Shown here: positions 1 through 12,000 of the stretch, one piece after another
Layout of the letters: the number at the start of each line of letters is the position of its first letter
Position numbering within the stretch: the stretch's first letter is position 1
Source: a phage
Sequence record: OM867527.1
Reading direction: 5' to 3' (one strand)
Length of the DNA stretch: 64,000 bases
Notes under the pieces: generated by a model
The model's input: only the letters and a program-made list of their open reading frames with translations
Database searches by the model: none
What the model was told of the DNA's origin: nothing
Program-made: the position numbers and the translations under genes

Positions 1-2
1 GA

Positions 3-845
3 ATGATTATGTCTTGTTCTGCTGAGGTAGAAGCTAACCGACTCCTTGAAGAGTTGACTAAGGGTGATGACTTTACCCTTCCTGATATTGATATGTCTGG
101 TCCTGAGTGGGATATCCCTGGTGGGGATGGTTCTCCAATCTTTGGTGCTATTGATAAAGTAACCAACGAATCTCTTACTACCCGTGAAGTAGGTGGTAGT
201 GGTACGTTTGATGCATTAATGGAATCTGCACACAACCATCTTAAAGCTGAGTTTAAGGCTAACCGTATTACAGGTGGTGAATATACCAAAGCATACATTG
301 CTATGATGGAATCATGCATGAGTAATGCTGTTCAGTTCTTACTTGGTCGTGACCAGGCATACTGGGCTGCTGCATTGGCACAGATTCAGGCAGTTACTGC
401 TCGTGTTACATTGGCTACTTCTAAAGCTCAGTTTGTACTGGCTAAGCTTCAGGCATTATCTGCTAAGAGTGAATATGCTCTCACTAAGATGAAGATTGCT
501 ACTGAGTCTGAAACGTACTGTGCTGCATTGTTTAATGTCAATCAGATGTTACCTCAACAGCTTAAGCTTATTACTGAGCAAACCGAGTCACAACGTGCAC
601 AGACACTAGATACTCGTACTGATGGTGCAGTAGTTAAGGGTTCTGTAGGTAAACAGAAAGAACTGTATTCCCAACAGATTACTTCTTATCAGCGTGATGC
701 AGAAGTTAAAGCATCTAAGCTGTTTACTGATGCATGGATTACTCAGAAGACTATTGATGAAGGCTTGAATCCACCGAATGGCTTCACTAACGCAAGTATT
801 GATACCATTCTAACCAAGCTGAAGTCTAACAACGGGTTGAACTGA
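3..845 (+). CDS. Virion structural protein, C-terminal part (5' end lies outside the window)
   Basis: ORF open from the window edge, co-oriented and contiguous with the downstream structural genes and vRNAP. Mostly helical-looking sequence; identity as capsid, tube or other cannot be decided by eye. Confidence 0.35.
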   Translation: MIMSCSAEVEANRLLEELTKGDDFTLPDIDMSGPEWDIPGGDGSPIFGAIDKVTNESLTTREVGGSGTFDALMESAHNHLKAEFKANRITGGEYTKAYIAMMESCMSNAVQFLLGRDQAYWAAALAQIQAVTARVTLATSKAQFVLAKLQALSAKSEYALTKMKIATESETYCAALFNVNQMLPQQLKLITEQTESQRAQTLDTRTDGAVVKGSVGKQKELYSQQITSYQRDAEVKASKLFTDAWITQKTIDEGLNPPNGFTNASIDTILTKLKSNNGLN

Positions 846-846
846 T

Positions 847-3501
847 ATGGGCTTATTCAGTGGGAAGACCAAAGTATACGTAGCATCCTCTGTCTATAAC
901 ATGGCAGGGGATATACATAAACGTCCTAACTATATGAAGACTGTAGTCATTGGTAACATTATTTCCAATACAGGATTCACTATGGCAGATACTATCTCTG
1001 ATAGTTATCTGAATGGACCTGGTATTCGTATGCGACTGTTCTCCAGCTGGAGTAAGAACCACTATGATTCAGAAGTTGGTATGGCTGGTTCTTCATTGGG
1101 TGTACTGGCTAAGATTGACCCTACTGTAATAGAGGGTCAAATTACACCACCTGCTGGAGAATCAGTCTATGTTCAGGCAGCAGAGATTGGCTTTGCTGAT
1201 TTTGAGCAATGGTGTGACCAGTATCTTTATGAGAATGCTCCAAGTCGAATCATGGAACGATTCGACATAGACATTGATGAAGATACAAATGAAATTACTA
1301 TGACCTCCCTGGATGGAGGTTCTACTATTAAATTCACACCTACTAACTTTGAACCAGGTGCTTTGTATCTCTATGCTGATTACACATTCTATAAGTCCCC
1401 TACTACTAATCCACCTGTAGTAGGTCCGACTACTGTCTATGATGATGAGGATGACTTACCATCTACTTTGTTATGGTCTACTATCTCAAGCGATACGGCA
1501 GCTAATACAACCAATCTTACTAAGACTATACATACGCATTCTGTTTACTCTGATGGTAGACCAGATGAAGATAGTACTGTCACGGAACCAAGTGTAGATA
1601 ACTGGAACTCCTACATTAAGGTTTATCGTAGAGGGTTCACTGAGAAACCTGATAATGTGACTGTAGTTGTATCTGATAGAGTAATGACTCATAAAAAGTT
1701 TGGTGAGATTCAATCCAGTACTACTGTAGCTACCAACGTAGTTGATCTAGGTGGAGGTGTTACTCGTACCGACACAATTACTACAACTACAGAGACACTG
1801 GTTCGTAAGTATTCATCTCAGACTACTCGCACTGATACAGAGATGACTGCTGTTGGTACGCCTAAGATGCTTATCTATAAGCAGAACTCTGGTAACGTTG
1901 CACTGGATTCCCTGTTTAATACTGAGGCTACTGACAATCGTTTCTACCCATTCATTCCAATCAGGAATGATAAACAATGGGTAGAGAATGACCCAATCTA
2001 CCCACACTGTAAGAAAGCTCTTTATAAAGCTACTGGTGGAAAAATCGATAAGGTAGTGACTGAGCTTAAGAAGAATAACGATATAGGAGACATTCAGTAC
2101 ATTTATGGCACATTCGGTGTATCTCTTAATTCTCCTGAAGATACTGCTAAGGAATACATCTACCGTTTCTTTCAGATGGCTACTGAAGCATTCCCACCTG
2201 ACCCAACATACCCGACACTGGAAGCAGTGATTGCAGGGTATCAGGCAGCCAATGATGCAGTTGATGCATATGTAGAATGGTGGAGTAGGACTGAAGGGCA
2301 TACTATTGGAACTCCCCCACCACTGCCAGAATACCCTGTAATACCTAAACGAGAGTTTAGGGTGCACAGTAATAAGCATTACAAGTATGACATGACTATT
2401 GGCTGGAACTATGTATTTGAAACCACCCACTCAGGGCAAGCATGGTCTGGGGCTAAGCAAGGACAACTTCGAGCCAGATACGCAGGAGATATAACTCTTA
2501 CTCGTAAGAACATACGCACTGATAATAATTCAGGCTCAGTTACTGAGTTGGATGTTACTCCTACATTCTACACTATGCAGGAATATGAGTTACTCTGGCA
2601 GGATGGCAATGATACCTATCGTAAACTCAGAGTACTGGGTTTAAACCACAATAATAGGGTATATAAGAATAAGTCAGTACATATTGATGTTGCCGGGGCA
2701 ATGGGTGATGCAGAAGAGAGTGGATTCATTATTCCATTGCATACTAACATCTACCGTTCAATGTCACTGGTTCGAAGTACTCAGCTATCCACTGCCTGTT
2801 CCTACTTAGTAATGAACTCATACAAGAAGGTTAAGAAGAAATGGTATCAGACTGGAGCATTTAAGATTGTTGTTGTTGTGGTCGCTGTGGTTATCTCTGT
2901 ATTTACAGCTGGTGCTGGTGGTGCAGGTATACTTGGGGCATACGGTGCAGTTGGTGCATCACTCGGCTTTGTTGGATTAGCTGCTGTGATAGTTGGTGCT
3001 GTAGCAAATGCTATTGCTGGAATGATTCTGGTATCCATTATCACTAAAGTATCCACTTCACTGTTCGGTGATAAACTCGGTTTTATCATTGCAGCTATTG
3101 CTTCAATGGTAGCTATGAATGTTGGTACTGCCCTGTCTACCGGTACATCTCTGTCCACTCTGGCAAGTGAAATGATGAATGCCCAAAACATCATGCAGCT
3201 TACCAGTTCAGTAGGCAATGGTATTAGTCAGTATATTAATGCATCTACGGCTGCTACTATTCAGAAAGCAGAGAAAGTAATGCAGCAGTACAATACTGAT
3301 ATGATGGCAATTAATAAGCAGTATGAAGAGATGTTTGGTACTGCTGGACAGGGTGTAATTGACCCAATGCAATTCGTGTCAATGGAGTCACTGGATTCAT
3401 TCTTATCACGTACTCTCATGACTGGTTCAGATATAGCCGACCTGTCCTTAGACATGATAGGTAACTACTCTGATATGACCCTTAATACTGACCTTGTTTA
3501 A
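847..3501 (+). CDS. Large virion/internal protein (884 aa) with C-terminal Gly/Ala-rich hydrophobic segments
   Basis: ATG 1 nt after the upstream stop (TGA 843..845). C-terminal third has long hydrophobic glycine-zipper-like runs (VVVVAVVISVFTAGAGGAGILGAYGAVGASLGFVGLAAVIVGAVANAIAGMILVSII). Sits in the structural operon upstream of vRNAP. Confidence 0.45.
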   Translation: MGLFSGKTKVYVASSVYNMAGDIHKRPNYMKTVVIGNIISNTGFTMADTISDSYLNGPGIRMRLFSSWSKNHYDSEVGMAGSSLGVLAKIDPTVIEGQITPPAGESVYVQAAEIGFADFEQWCDQYLYENAPSRIMERFDIDIDEDTNEITMTSLDGGSTIKFTPTNFEPGALYLYADYTFYKSPTTNPPVVGPTTVYDDEDDLPSTLLWSTISSDTAANTTNLTKTIHTHSVYSDGRPDEDSTVTEPSVDNWNSYIKVYRRGFTEKPDNVTVVVSDRVMTHKKFGEIQSSTTVATNVVDLGGGVTRTDTITTTTETLVRKYSSQTTRTDTEMTAVGTPKMLIYKQNSGNVALDSLFNTEATDNRFYPFIPIRNDKQWVENDPIYPHCKKALYKATGGKIDKVVTELKKNNDIGDIQYIYGTFGVSLNSPEDTAKEYIYRFFQMATEAFPPDPTYPTLEAVIAGYQAANDAVDAYVEWWSRTEGHTIGTPPPLPEYPVIPKREFRVHSNKHYKYDMTIGWNYVFETTHSGQAWSGAKQGQLRARYAGDITLTRKNIRTDNNSGSVTELDVTPTFYTMQEYELLWQDGNDTYRKLRVLGLNHNNRVYKNKSVHIDVAGAMGDAEESGFIIPLHTNIYRSMSLVRSTQLSTACSYLVMNSYKKVKKKWYQTGAFKIVVVVVAVVISVFTAGAGGAGILGAYGAVGASLGFVGLAAVIVGAVANAIAGMILVSIITKVSTSLFGDKLGFIIAAIASMVAMNVGTALSTGTSLSTLASEMMNAQNIMQLTSSVGNGISQYINASTAATIQKAEKVMQQYNTDMMAINKQYEEMFGTAGQGVIDPMQFVSMESLDSFLSRTLMTGSDIADLSLDMIGNYSDMTLNTDLV

Positions 3502-3514
3502 CAGGAGAACCCTC

Positions 3515-3964
3515 ATGGATTTGTCATTCTTTACAGGCAACCAAACCCCACAGCCAGCTGCTATGTCTTGGTTGTCTAATAACAATCGTAACTTTAGTAC
3601 CCCAGCTATGAATTATCAGCCAGGACAGGTAGTTGGTATGGATTTTTTAAACGGAAATCTGGATAACTCACTGTTTGGTTCAGGTAATGGCTCAGCTGAC
3701 CAGCTTGGTATGAACATACCCACCATCCAACTAGGACTTGGTGCACTTGGTTCATTAGCTAATATCTATGGTGGTTTCCAGGCTAATAAGTTAGCCAAAG
3801 ACCAGTTGAACTTTGCTAAGAGTGTTACTAACACTAACCTGAATAATCAGATTAAGTCTTATAACACTGCACTGGAAGACCGTGCTCGTAGCCGTGCTAC
3901 AGCAGAGAACCGTGACCAATCCACTGCTGATGCTTATATTGCAGCTAATAAGCTAACTCGTTAA
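3515..3964 (+). CDS. Small virion-associated protein (about 149 aa)
   Basis: ATG at 3515 preceded by AGGAG (acaggagaaccctcATG); the track ORF starts earlier at 3494 but lacks an RBS. Lies between two structural genes. Confidence 0.4.
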   Translation: MDLSFFTGNQTPQPAAMSWLSNNNRNFSTPAMNYQPGQVVGMDFLNGNLDNSLFGSGNGSADQLGMNIPTIQLGLGALGSLANIYGGFQANKLAKDQLNFAKSVTNTNLNNQIKSYNTALEDRARSRATAENRDQSTADAYIAANKLTR

Positions 3965-3976
3965 TAGGAAACCATT

Positions 3977-5923
3977 ATGAGTCAGATAACATGGCGTAAT
4001 GTTGATGCACCTAACTTCTCCGGAGTTGGTGACAGCATTCGCACATTTGGCAACATGATTGGTAACGCCACCTCCGGCTTAAGTGATGCACTGGGTAATT
4101 TCCAGAACGCTGCCAAGCAGGAGGCTGGCAATGCCGTCATGATGAATGCTATGCAGTATCAAGACCCTACTGAATACCGTAATGCTCTGGCATCCGGTGC
4201 ACTGTTTCAGGGGGTTGACCCTTCATTGGTAAGTCAGCGTACTCTTCAGAATCTGGATGAGCGAGCAGGTACTCTTCTGACTCAGCAAGGTCAGCAAGGA
4301 ACCAATGACTATAATGCTTATAACTTTGGTCGCTTAAAGGATGTTAACTCTGCATTGGATAATGCTTCTCCAGCTATTCGATTGCTGTCTGAGGCTTATC
4401 AGTCAGGCGACCAGAATCGTATTAATGCTGCATTAGGTCAAACCCGTGAGGCATTATCTACACTTCCTGCTGACCAACAGTTAGATTTGCTAGGACGTCT
4501 ACAAGGACAGGGTGGTGCAGCTATTAATCAGGCAACTAATCGCTTTGACCTTAACGTGCGTCAACGTAATGATGCTGATTCACAAGCTGCATCCGGTGTA
4601 CTGACGGATATTTTCCGTAGTGCTTCTACGCCTATGGATGCTCTTACACTGGCAGAGTCTGCTATGCAGAATGCTTCCCCAGGTGTACGTGCTGCAATCA
4701 TGCGAGGTGTTAACGAGAGATTCCCGGGTACTTACGCTACGTCTTCTTCTGGCTCTGCTCCTGGAACTGCTGGTACTCGTTCTGGTTCTCCTTATGATGC
4801 AACTTATACCTTTGCTGCTACTGATAAGCCTATTACTGAGATGACACTGGGAGAGGTTACTAATCATCAGCAAACTATGATTAATAACCCGTCACAAGGT
4901 CATTCTCCTGTGGGTGCATTCCAGATTAATAAAGCTACTCTGGAAGACTATGCTCCTAAAGTACTTGGCTCAGATTGGCGTAATCAGCAAATGACTCCTG
5001 AAGTACAGGATAAAATTGCTGAAGCAATCTTTAATGACCGTAAGAGTGGTAACCTTTCTAAGACCTGGGCTGCATTACCTGACTTGGGTGTGGGTGGTTA
5101 TAAGGATATGCCTTGGAGTGAAGCACGTCAGTTAATTGCACAGGCAGAAGTAGGTGCACCTCTTGATCAGCTACAGACCCAGCAAGTAGTCTCAAACATG
5201 GCAGGCAATACAGTTGCTGCACGTCAGTCTGAAGATAACACTGGAACTATTACTGCTAACTATGCTCGTGCATTACGTGATAACTCTACCATTGGTGAAG
5301 TAGCAGACCGTCTTCTTAAGGATGCTTTCAAAGGTTCTGAGAAAGGATGGATGATTGCTCGGCTTAATGATGTTATGCAGGAATCCGGGCAGTCTCCTGC
5401 TGTAGCTGCCGAGATTCTTAAGCAATCTACTACCAACGTACCAGAGGGTATGATTAGTCGAGCACTCGATGCACTTAACCCATTCATCTCCAATGAGGGT
5501 GGTGGTGGTATTCGTATTGACGATACCGTTGCCAGAGAACTAGCACGTTCAGTACGACGTGGGGAAGGTATTGAAGCTACTGCTCGTGATAATGTTCTTA
5601 CTCAGGTACAGGGTAATATTGCTAACGCTCAGAACCAGGTAAACCAAGCAGAAGCCTTGCTTGCTGATACCCGTCGTCGTGTAGCTGCTGGGCAAAGTGG
5701 ACTTGCTGCTACTATACCTGCTCGTGAGGCTGAGTTAGTAAGAGCACGTGCTGCACTAGATGCTGCTGTTAATACTGTAGTAGCTAATCAAGGTAACCTG
5801 GTTCCACAGAACTTCCGTTCTAATGCTTCAGTAGAGCGTGAGCGTAGTCGTGAAGATGAAGAACGAGCTAAACGTTATCGAAAATTAGCAGAGGGTTTAC
5901 CTCCCTATATGCAACCTCGATAA
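3977..5923 (+). CDS. Virion/internal protein (648 aa), possible lytic-transglycosylase-like segment
   Basis: RBS aggaaa then ATG 3977. Central segment (TEMTLGEV...SPVGAFQINKATLEDYA) loosely resembles the catalytic Glu and GLMQ-type motif region of lysozyme-like transglycosylases; this is motif-level inference only. Confidence 0.4.
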   Translation: MSQITWRNVDAPNFSGVGDSIRTFGNMIGNATSGLSDALGNFQNAAKQEAGNAVMMNAMQYQDPTEYRNALASGALFQGVDPSLVSQRTLQNLDERAGTLLTQQGQQGTNDYNAYNFGRLKDVNSALDNASPAIRLLSEAYQSGDQNRINAALGQTREALSTLPADQQLDLLGRLQGQGGAAINQATNRFDLNVRQRNDADSQAASGVLTDIFRSASTPMDALTLAESAMQNASPGVRAAIMRGVNERFPGTYATSSSGSAPGTAGTRSGSPYDATYTFAATDKPITEMTLGEVTNHQQTMINNPSQGHSPVGAFQINKATLEDYAPKVLGSDWRNQQMTPEVQDKIAEAIFNDRKSGNLSKTWAALPDLGVGGYKDMPWSEARQLIAQAEVGAPLDQLQTQQVVSNMAGNTVAARQSEDNTGTITANYARALRDNSTIGEVADRLLKDAFKGSEKGWMIARLNDVMQESGQSPAVAAEILKQSTTNVPEGMISRALDALNPFISNEGGGGIRIDDTVARELARSVRRGEGIEATARDNVLTQVQGNIANAQNQVNQAEALLADTRRRVAAGQSGLAATIPAREAELVRARAALDAAVNTVVANQGNLVPQNFRSNASVERERSREDEERAKRYRKLAEGLPPYMQPR

Positions 5924-5940
5924 AATCTTACATACTAATA

Positions 5941-5965
5941 AAGCCCCATACGGGGCTTTTCTCTT
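5941..5965 (+). terminator. Rho-independent terminator candidate
   Basis: Hairpin AGCCCC-ATAC-GGGGCT followed by TTTCTCTT, just after the stop of the 648-aa gene. Confidence 0.5.
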
Positions 5966-6026
5966 ACATTCACTTACTGTACAGTGAATCTTCTTATACG
6001 ATATAAGTTTGAACAGGAATCATGCT

Positions 6027-9000
6027 ATGTCAACATTTGACCGTCTGGCAGGTTTCGCAGACAGCATCACTACTGCTAAGCAAGTCGATGTCTCTACTGC
6101 AACCTCTCGGAAACAAGCTGAACAAGGGCAAAACCCTTTCCAATTAACTCCTCAGAACGCTTACCAATTACAGGCAGGCCGTGCTGGTAACTTAGGTGCT
6201 GGTGCATTTGACCCAGGATCTATTCAGGCAGATTTTACTAATGCCTCCCCTCTTGAAATCATAAATAAGTATGGCAATGAGCAAGGAATGGGCATTCTCA
6301 ATGCTCGTGTCAATGCAGCTAATGCTGTTCGTCGTGATTTAACTAAGAGTCGTACATATGGTGAAGCACTTGGTGATACCCTTTCTGGTGTTGGTCTTGG
6401 TGTTGCTAATACCCTTGGGGGCATTGCTGCTCTTGGCACAGGCTTGGTCAATGATAATGCCGGGGCATCCATTGCTTCCGGTCTTGACTGGTTGAATAAA
6501 GGAGTACACAACCTACAGTCTGATGCACTGAATGCTCGCCGTAATGTAGTACAGAACCAGAACGTAATATCTGCTCAGGAAAACGAGAAACTCTATAAGC
6601 AGGATATTGATAAAGGAGAGAGTGAACTCGTTGCTTCTCTGTCTCGTATTGGGCGTGATGCTTATGATTCTGTTGCTAACACTTTGTCCAATGGCATGGC
6701 TGCTACAGATGGTCTGGCTGAAGGCGTTGGTTCACTGTTTACTGGTGGTCCACTTATCCGTGGTGTATCTGCACTTGGTAAAGTAATGGTAGGTGGGGAT
6801 AAAGCTGTTAAGGGCATTACCTTAGCTGCTGAATTAGGTTATCGTCCTGCACGTATTGCACAGACTGCTGGTCGTGTTGCTGCACCTGCTATAGCAATTG
6901 GTGGTATGGAAGCTGGTGGTGCATACCAACAGACTGCCAATGAAATTATGGAAATGCCATTCAGTGAACTGGCTGCTAAATCTCCTGTATACCAACAGCA
7001 TATTAAAGACGGTCTGTCTCCGGAAGAAGCACGTCGTCAGACTGCATCTGAAACGGGTATCACTGCTGCTGGCTTAACTGCTCCGGTTGCTGCTCTTACT
7101 GGTCCACTGGTATCTAAGTTTGAACTTAACCCACTCAAAGTAGGTTCACTGGCTGGTGCTGGTTCTAACATGCTGCGTGAGACTGTAGAAGAGGGTATCC
7201 AGTCTGGTACAAGCCAGCTTGCACAGAACAAGGCAATTCAAGGTAATGTAGATGCTAAACGTGATTTGCTTAAAGGTGTGGGTGAACAAGCTGGTCTTGG
7301 TGCATTGTATGGCTTTGGTTCTGCTGGAGTTGCTCAAGCTCCTGGTGCAACTGTTAAGGCTGCTGGTGCTGCCGTTGGTCCTGTTGTACGTACTACCCTG
7401 GCTGGTGCTTCTCTGGCTGGTAAGGCACTAGCAAAAGTAGCTTCCCCTATTACTAACATTCTGGTTCAACGTGGGGAAGAAGTTGCTAAGCGTAATGAAC
7501 AAGCATCCCCTGTATCAGACGCTACGGTTAATGCTGCTGCACAAGAAGCTACTGCTCAGGCAGAACAAGCACAAGCAACTGTTCAGGAAGCAGTAGATGC
7601 AATGGATATTTCTCCTGAAGAGAAAGCTGCTGCTACCCAGTATGCTGCTGACTTAACTCAGGCAATGAAGTTTGGCCCAGTAGAACTGGAACAAGCTAGT
7701 CCAGTAATCCGTGAAGCTGTTTCTGGTTCCACTAACCGTGTTGAAGCTATTCAGAAGATGGCTGACCTGGTTAATACTGCTGAAGACCCTAACGTTCAAA
7801 TGGAAGCTGCAATCCAGATGTATGACAACATCATGTCTATGGATAGCTTCATTAACCGTGACCCAGGTGCATTAGCTAATCTGGAACAAGGTTCTCCTGC
7901 TGCTAATATTGTTGACCAGTTCTCCGGCCTGATGGCTAACGTTCAGAATACACCTAAGGTGCTCCGTGCATTCCGTGCTATCCATTCCATGATTCAGGAA
8001 CAGGCAGAAGCAGGTAAACTGAAAGCTACTGAAGAAGCTAACCAAGCCCAGGCAAATAATATTGCTATGGCTGCTGATATGTCTCCAGAAGTACTGGATG
8101 CAGACTCAGTGAACATGGTTCTGAAACATGCAAGTGAAGGTAAGATTACGCTGGGGAATCGTCAGCGTGCTGCCCTGCAATCTGCTGCTGCTCTATTGCA
8201 AGGAGCACGAGAATTTGACGCTAAAGCAGAAGAACTGGGCTTACGTCCTCAAGACATTGTTAGTAAACAGATTAAAACCGACGAATCTCGTTCTAATGAA
8301 GGCCAGTACTCTGCGTTGCAACATGCTAAACGCATTCGTTCTGCGTACAACTCTGGTAACTTCGATTTGGCTTCCGCTTATCTCGACGACTTTATGAAGT
8401 TCGCCCAGCACATGCAGAATAAGGTCGGAGCGTTGAATGAGCATCTGATTTCGGGGAATGCGGATAAGAATAAGTCTGTCCATTATCAGGCTCTTACCCC
8501 CTCCCGTGAATGGGTACGTAGTCGTACTGGCCTCGGTGTCAATCCGTATGATACCAAGTCTGTTAAGTTTGCCCAGCAAGTAGGACTGGAAGCCAAGACC
8601 GTAGCTGATATTGCTAACGCACTTGCTACGGCTTACCCGGAGCTTAATGTTTCTCATGTGAAAGTTACCCCATTGGATTCACGTCTGGACAAGCCTGCTG
8701 CTCAGGTAGTTAAAGAGTTCCGTCAGGGCAATCTTGATGCTGCTCAATCCCAACAGACCAATGAACCAGTGAATCAGGTTGATGAAACTCCTGTTACGAA
8801 ACAGGAACCAGTTACCCCTACTGTACAGACTAAACCTTCTGTTAGTGAAGCTGTTAAAACAGAACCTACTATTAAAGAGTCTAAACCACAGACTGTAAAA
8901 GAACCTGAGAACCAGTCTGAAAAACAGGATAATGTTGATCAGTCTACTGAATCTGAAAGAGATGCTTATGTGAAAGAGAATACTATTTCACAAGATACTC

Positions 9001-12000
9001 TTAATAAGTACGGTGACCGTAAAGAGAGTCCTTGGCTTTTTGCAGATGGTACTGTTGTTGGTTCCAATGGTGACCACATTAGCCTGTCTGATGTATTTGG
9101 TCATGATGGTTATCGTGATATGTCATTAGATACAGGTGCTATTCGCTCTACCTTCTACAAAGGAAGCGAGCAACCATTTGTATCATTGCAACTGTTTGAT
9201 AATCAGAAACTGACTACTGAACAATTCAATACTGTTCAATCATTCGTAGAAGCAAACAATGCACTGATTCAGGTTGGTGTAGATACGTCTGGACGTAATA
9301 CCAATAATGTTGAGAAGCAAGAAGTATCACTGGCTCAACTGAAAGCAGACTATACAGTTGGTGGTAAACCACTCTCTGAGATGGAAACAGTGTTCCCTGT
9401 CTATAACAACGAAAAAACACCGAACCAGTTCCTTAAAGCATTTTCTCTACCAGAAGAACCTAAGTCCCGTACCATTGGTTCTGAATCCCCTTTGACTGAT
9501 GTTAAGAAAGCACTGTCTTCTGCTGCCCGTTTCGAAGCATTCACTCAAAAAGAAAATAACGCTCTCACAAGTGATGTGATTAAGCGTTATCAGGACTTAA
9601 TGGGGTTTGGTGAAACTCTGAAGACTACTTTATCTGATCGTCTGGCTAAGTTCCTTGCTAACAAGAATGTTGGTAAACGTTTTGCAGAAGGTACTGAGGC
9701 TAACCGCTGGGTAGGTGGTAAGTTACTTAACATCGTTGAGAAAGATGGCGACACCTTTAAGTTCAATGACCAATTGTTAGAGACTGCTGTACTTGCTGGT
9801 TTGCAATGGCGACTTACTGCTACCCAGAATGCTGCTGTTAAAGACATGAAAGGCGTAGCTGCCATTACTGGTGTGGAGGCATCCTTGTTACCTGAAGGTA
9901 TCCTTGCAGAGTTTGAGAATGCTCAGACCCTGGTTGAAGCTACTAACTCACTGGCTCAAAAGATTGAATCCTATTGGGGTTTGAATCGTAATCCTAATGC
10001 ACCTCTTGGTTATACCAAGGGTATCCCAATGGCAATGGCTACAGAGATTCTGTCTTCTCTCATTGAGATGGGTGAAGTTAAAGAGTCCATGCTGGATGTG
10101 TCTGAAATTGATCCAGAATCTAATAAGACTGTTGGTCTGTATACCATTGAGAAGTTAGATGATAACGATGCCATTAACAAATTCCCTACTGCTATTGAGG
10201 AAGCTGTCCTCCTAGAACCAGAAGAGAAGATGTACTTTGGTGATGACATTCCTTCCGTGGCTCAAACTCAGTTACGTAACCCAGCTGTTAAGAATACCCC
10301 GGAACAGAAAGCTGCTCTTAAAGCTGAGCAGGCTACTGAGTTCCATGTACATATGCCGATGGTTAACTTCTATGAAGCATTGGGTCGTGACAACATTCTG
10401 GAGCTGATGGGTGCTGGTGCTCTTAATCCTGAACTACTGAATGTGAATACCGCTAAATCTCTGGAAGGTAAAAACCTGTCCGTGTCTATGGCATATGATT
10501 CCTTGTTTGGTGTAATCAACCAGATTAAGGAACAAGAGAATGGTTTGGATACACCTATTCACTACGGTTACAACATGACCCGTGTAGGTCGTATGCAGAT
10601 GCTTGGTAAGAACAACCCACAATCCAGCAAGCTGGTACGTGAAGCAATCCTACCAACTTTCTCTACCATCGACTTAAGTAATGAAAACAGTCAAACGTTC
10701 TCTGACTTCCAGCTTGGACTGGCTCAGGCATTGGGTATCAAAGTTCATAAAATGTCCCGTGAAGTTATGTCGGATGAGCTGACTAAAGCTCTGGAAGGTA
10801 AATTGAAACCTGCCGTTGATATGATGGTTGAGTTTGATAAGTCTGGGCACTTACCTACTGATGCTGTGGATATTCTGAAGACCTCTTTGGGTAATGATAA
10901 ATCATTTGTAGCTCTCATGGCTCTGATGGAGTATGCCCGTTACTTGAACAGTGATGACCGTGCTAACTTTAATACCCCACTGTACGTTGAAGCTGATGGT
11001 GTAACCAACGGACCAATCAACGCAATGGTATTAATGACTGGTGGTAAGTTCACTTCAGATTGGATTAAGAATACTGCTAAAGGTGGTTTGTTCTTCGGTA
11101 AAGCTGGCAAGACTATGAACGAGCATCATTCACATGAGGATAGTGTTGACCTGTATGAAGCATCCACTAATAGCCTACAACAGGCACTGAACGAATTACG
11201 TAATACTTATCGTAACAACGTTCCTGTTACGAACCAGATGAAGCATCTCCAGAAGTTAATGGACCTATTCATTAAAGACTTCAATCTTAAGGAAGATGGT
11301 ACTCTGGACCTGAAACGCGGTATCGCTAAAAACCCACTGACTATCACCATCTACGGTTCAGGTGCTCGTGGTATTGCTGGCAAGATGGTAAGTGCAATTA
11401 CTGATGTCATCTATGAACGCTTCAGTGACGTTCTGCAAGCCCGTGCTGCTGACCCTAGCATTTCCCCGGCTATGGCAATGTTTGGTAAGGAGGCTGCATC
11501 TGAAGCTGACGCTCAGGCTATGCTGGATACTTTCCTTACTTCTATGGAAGCACTGACTGGTAATGTTCCGGTTATGCGTAAAGGCGAGCTGTCTATTCAG
11601 CAGGTAGAAGGTGCTCTGACCGGTAAATTAGACCCTCAGAAGTTTACTGTATCCGGTAATGCTCTGAAGAACTTACAAGAGAACATGCTTCACTTGTTCG
11701 TTGAGCCAATGCGTACTGGTATCCGAAATACTGTTGGTGAAGGTCTGATGTACTCTACTGAAAATTTGCAGAAGGCTACTCAGATTCAATCACTGGTATT
11801 GCAGGATATGTTCCAACAGGCAGTACAGGCTAAACTGGCAGAAAAAGAAAAAGACCCAACATGGAAGAAGGGTGATTTCTTAACGCAGAAAGAACTGAAT
11901 GAAATCCAGGAATCATTATCTCCACTGGCTCCAATGATTGAGACTGGTTCCCAGACTTTCTATATTGCTGGTAGTGAGAATACTGATGTTGCTAACCAAG

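Noticed and set aside
3-845. Calling the first partial ORF the major capsid protein
   Set aside because: The 280 visible residues look largely helical and Ala/Gln/Lys-rich rather than HK97-fold-like, and by synteny several structural genes should separate capsid from vRNAP; left as a generic virion protein.
4580-4873. Overlapping ORFs 4580..4873 (minus) and 4620..4844 (plus) inside the 648-aa structural gene
   Set aside because: Leu/Ser/Arg-rich low-complexity translations typical of out-of-frame reading of a coding region.
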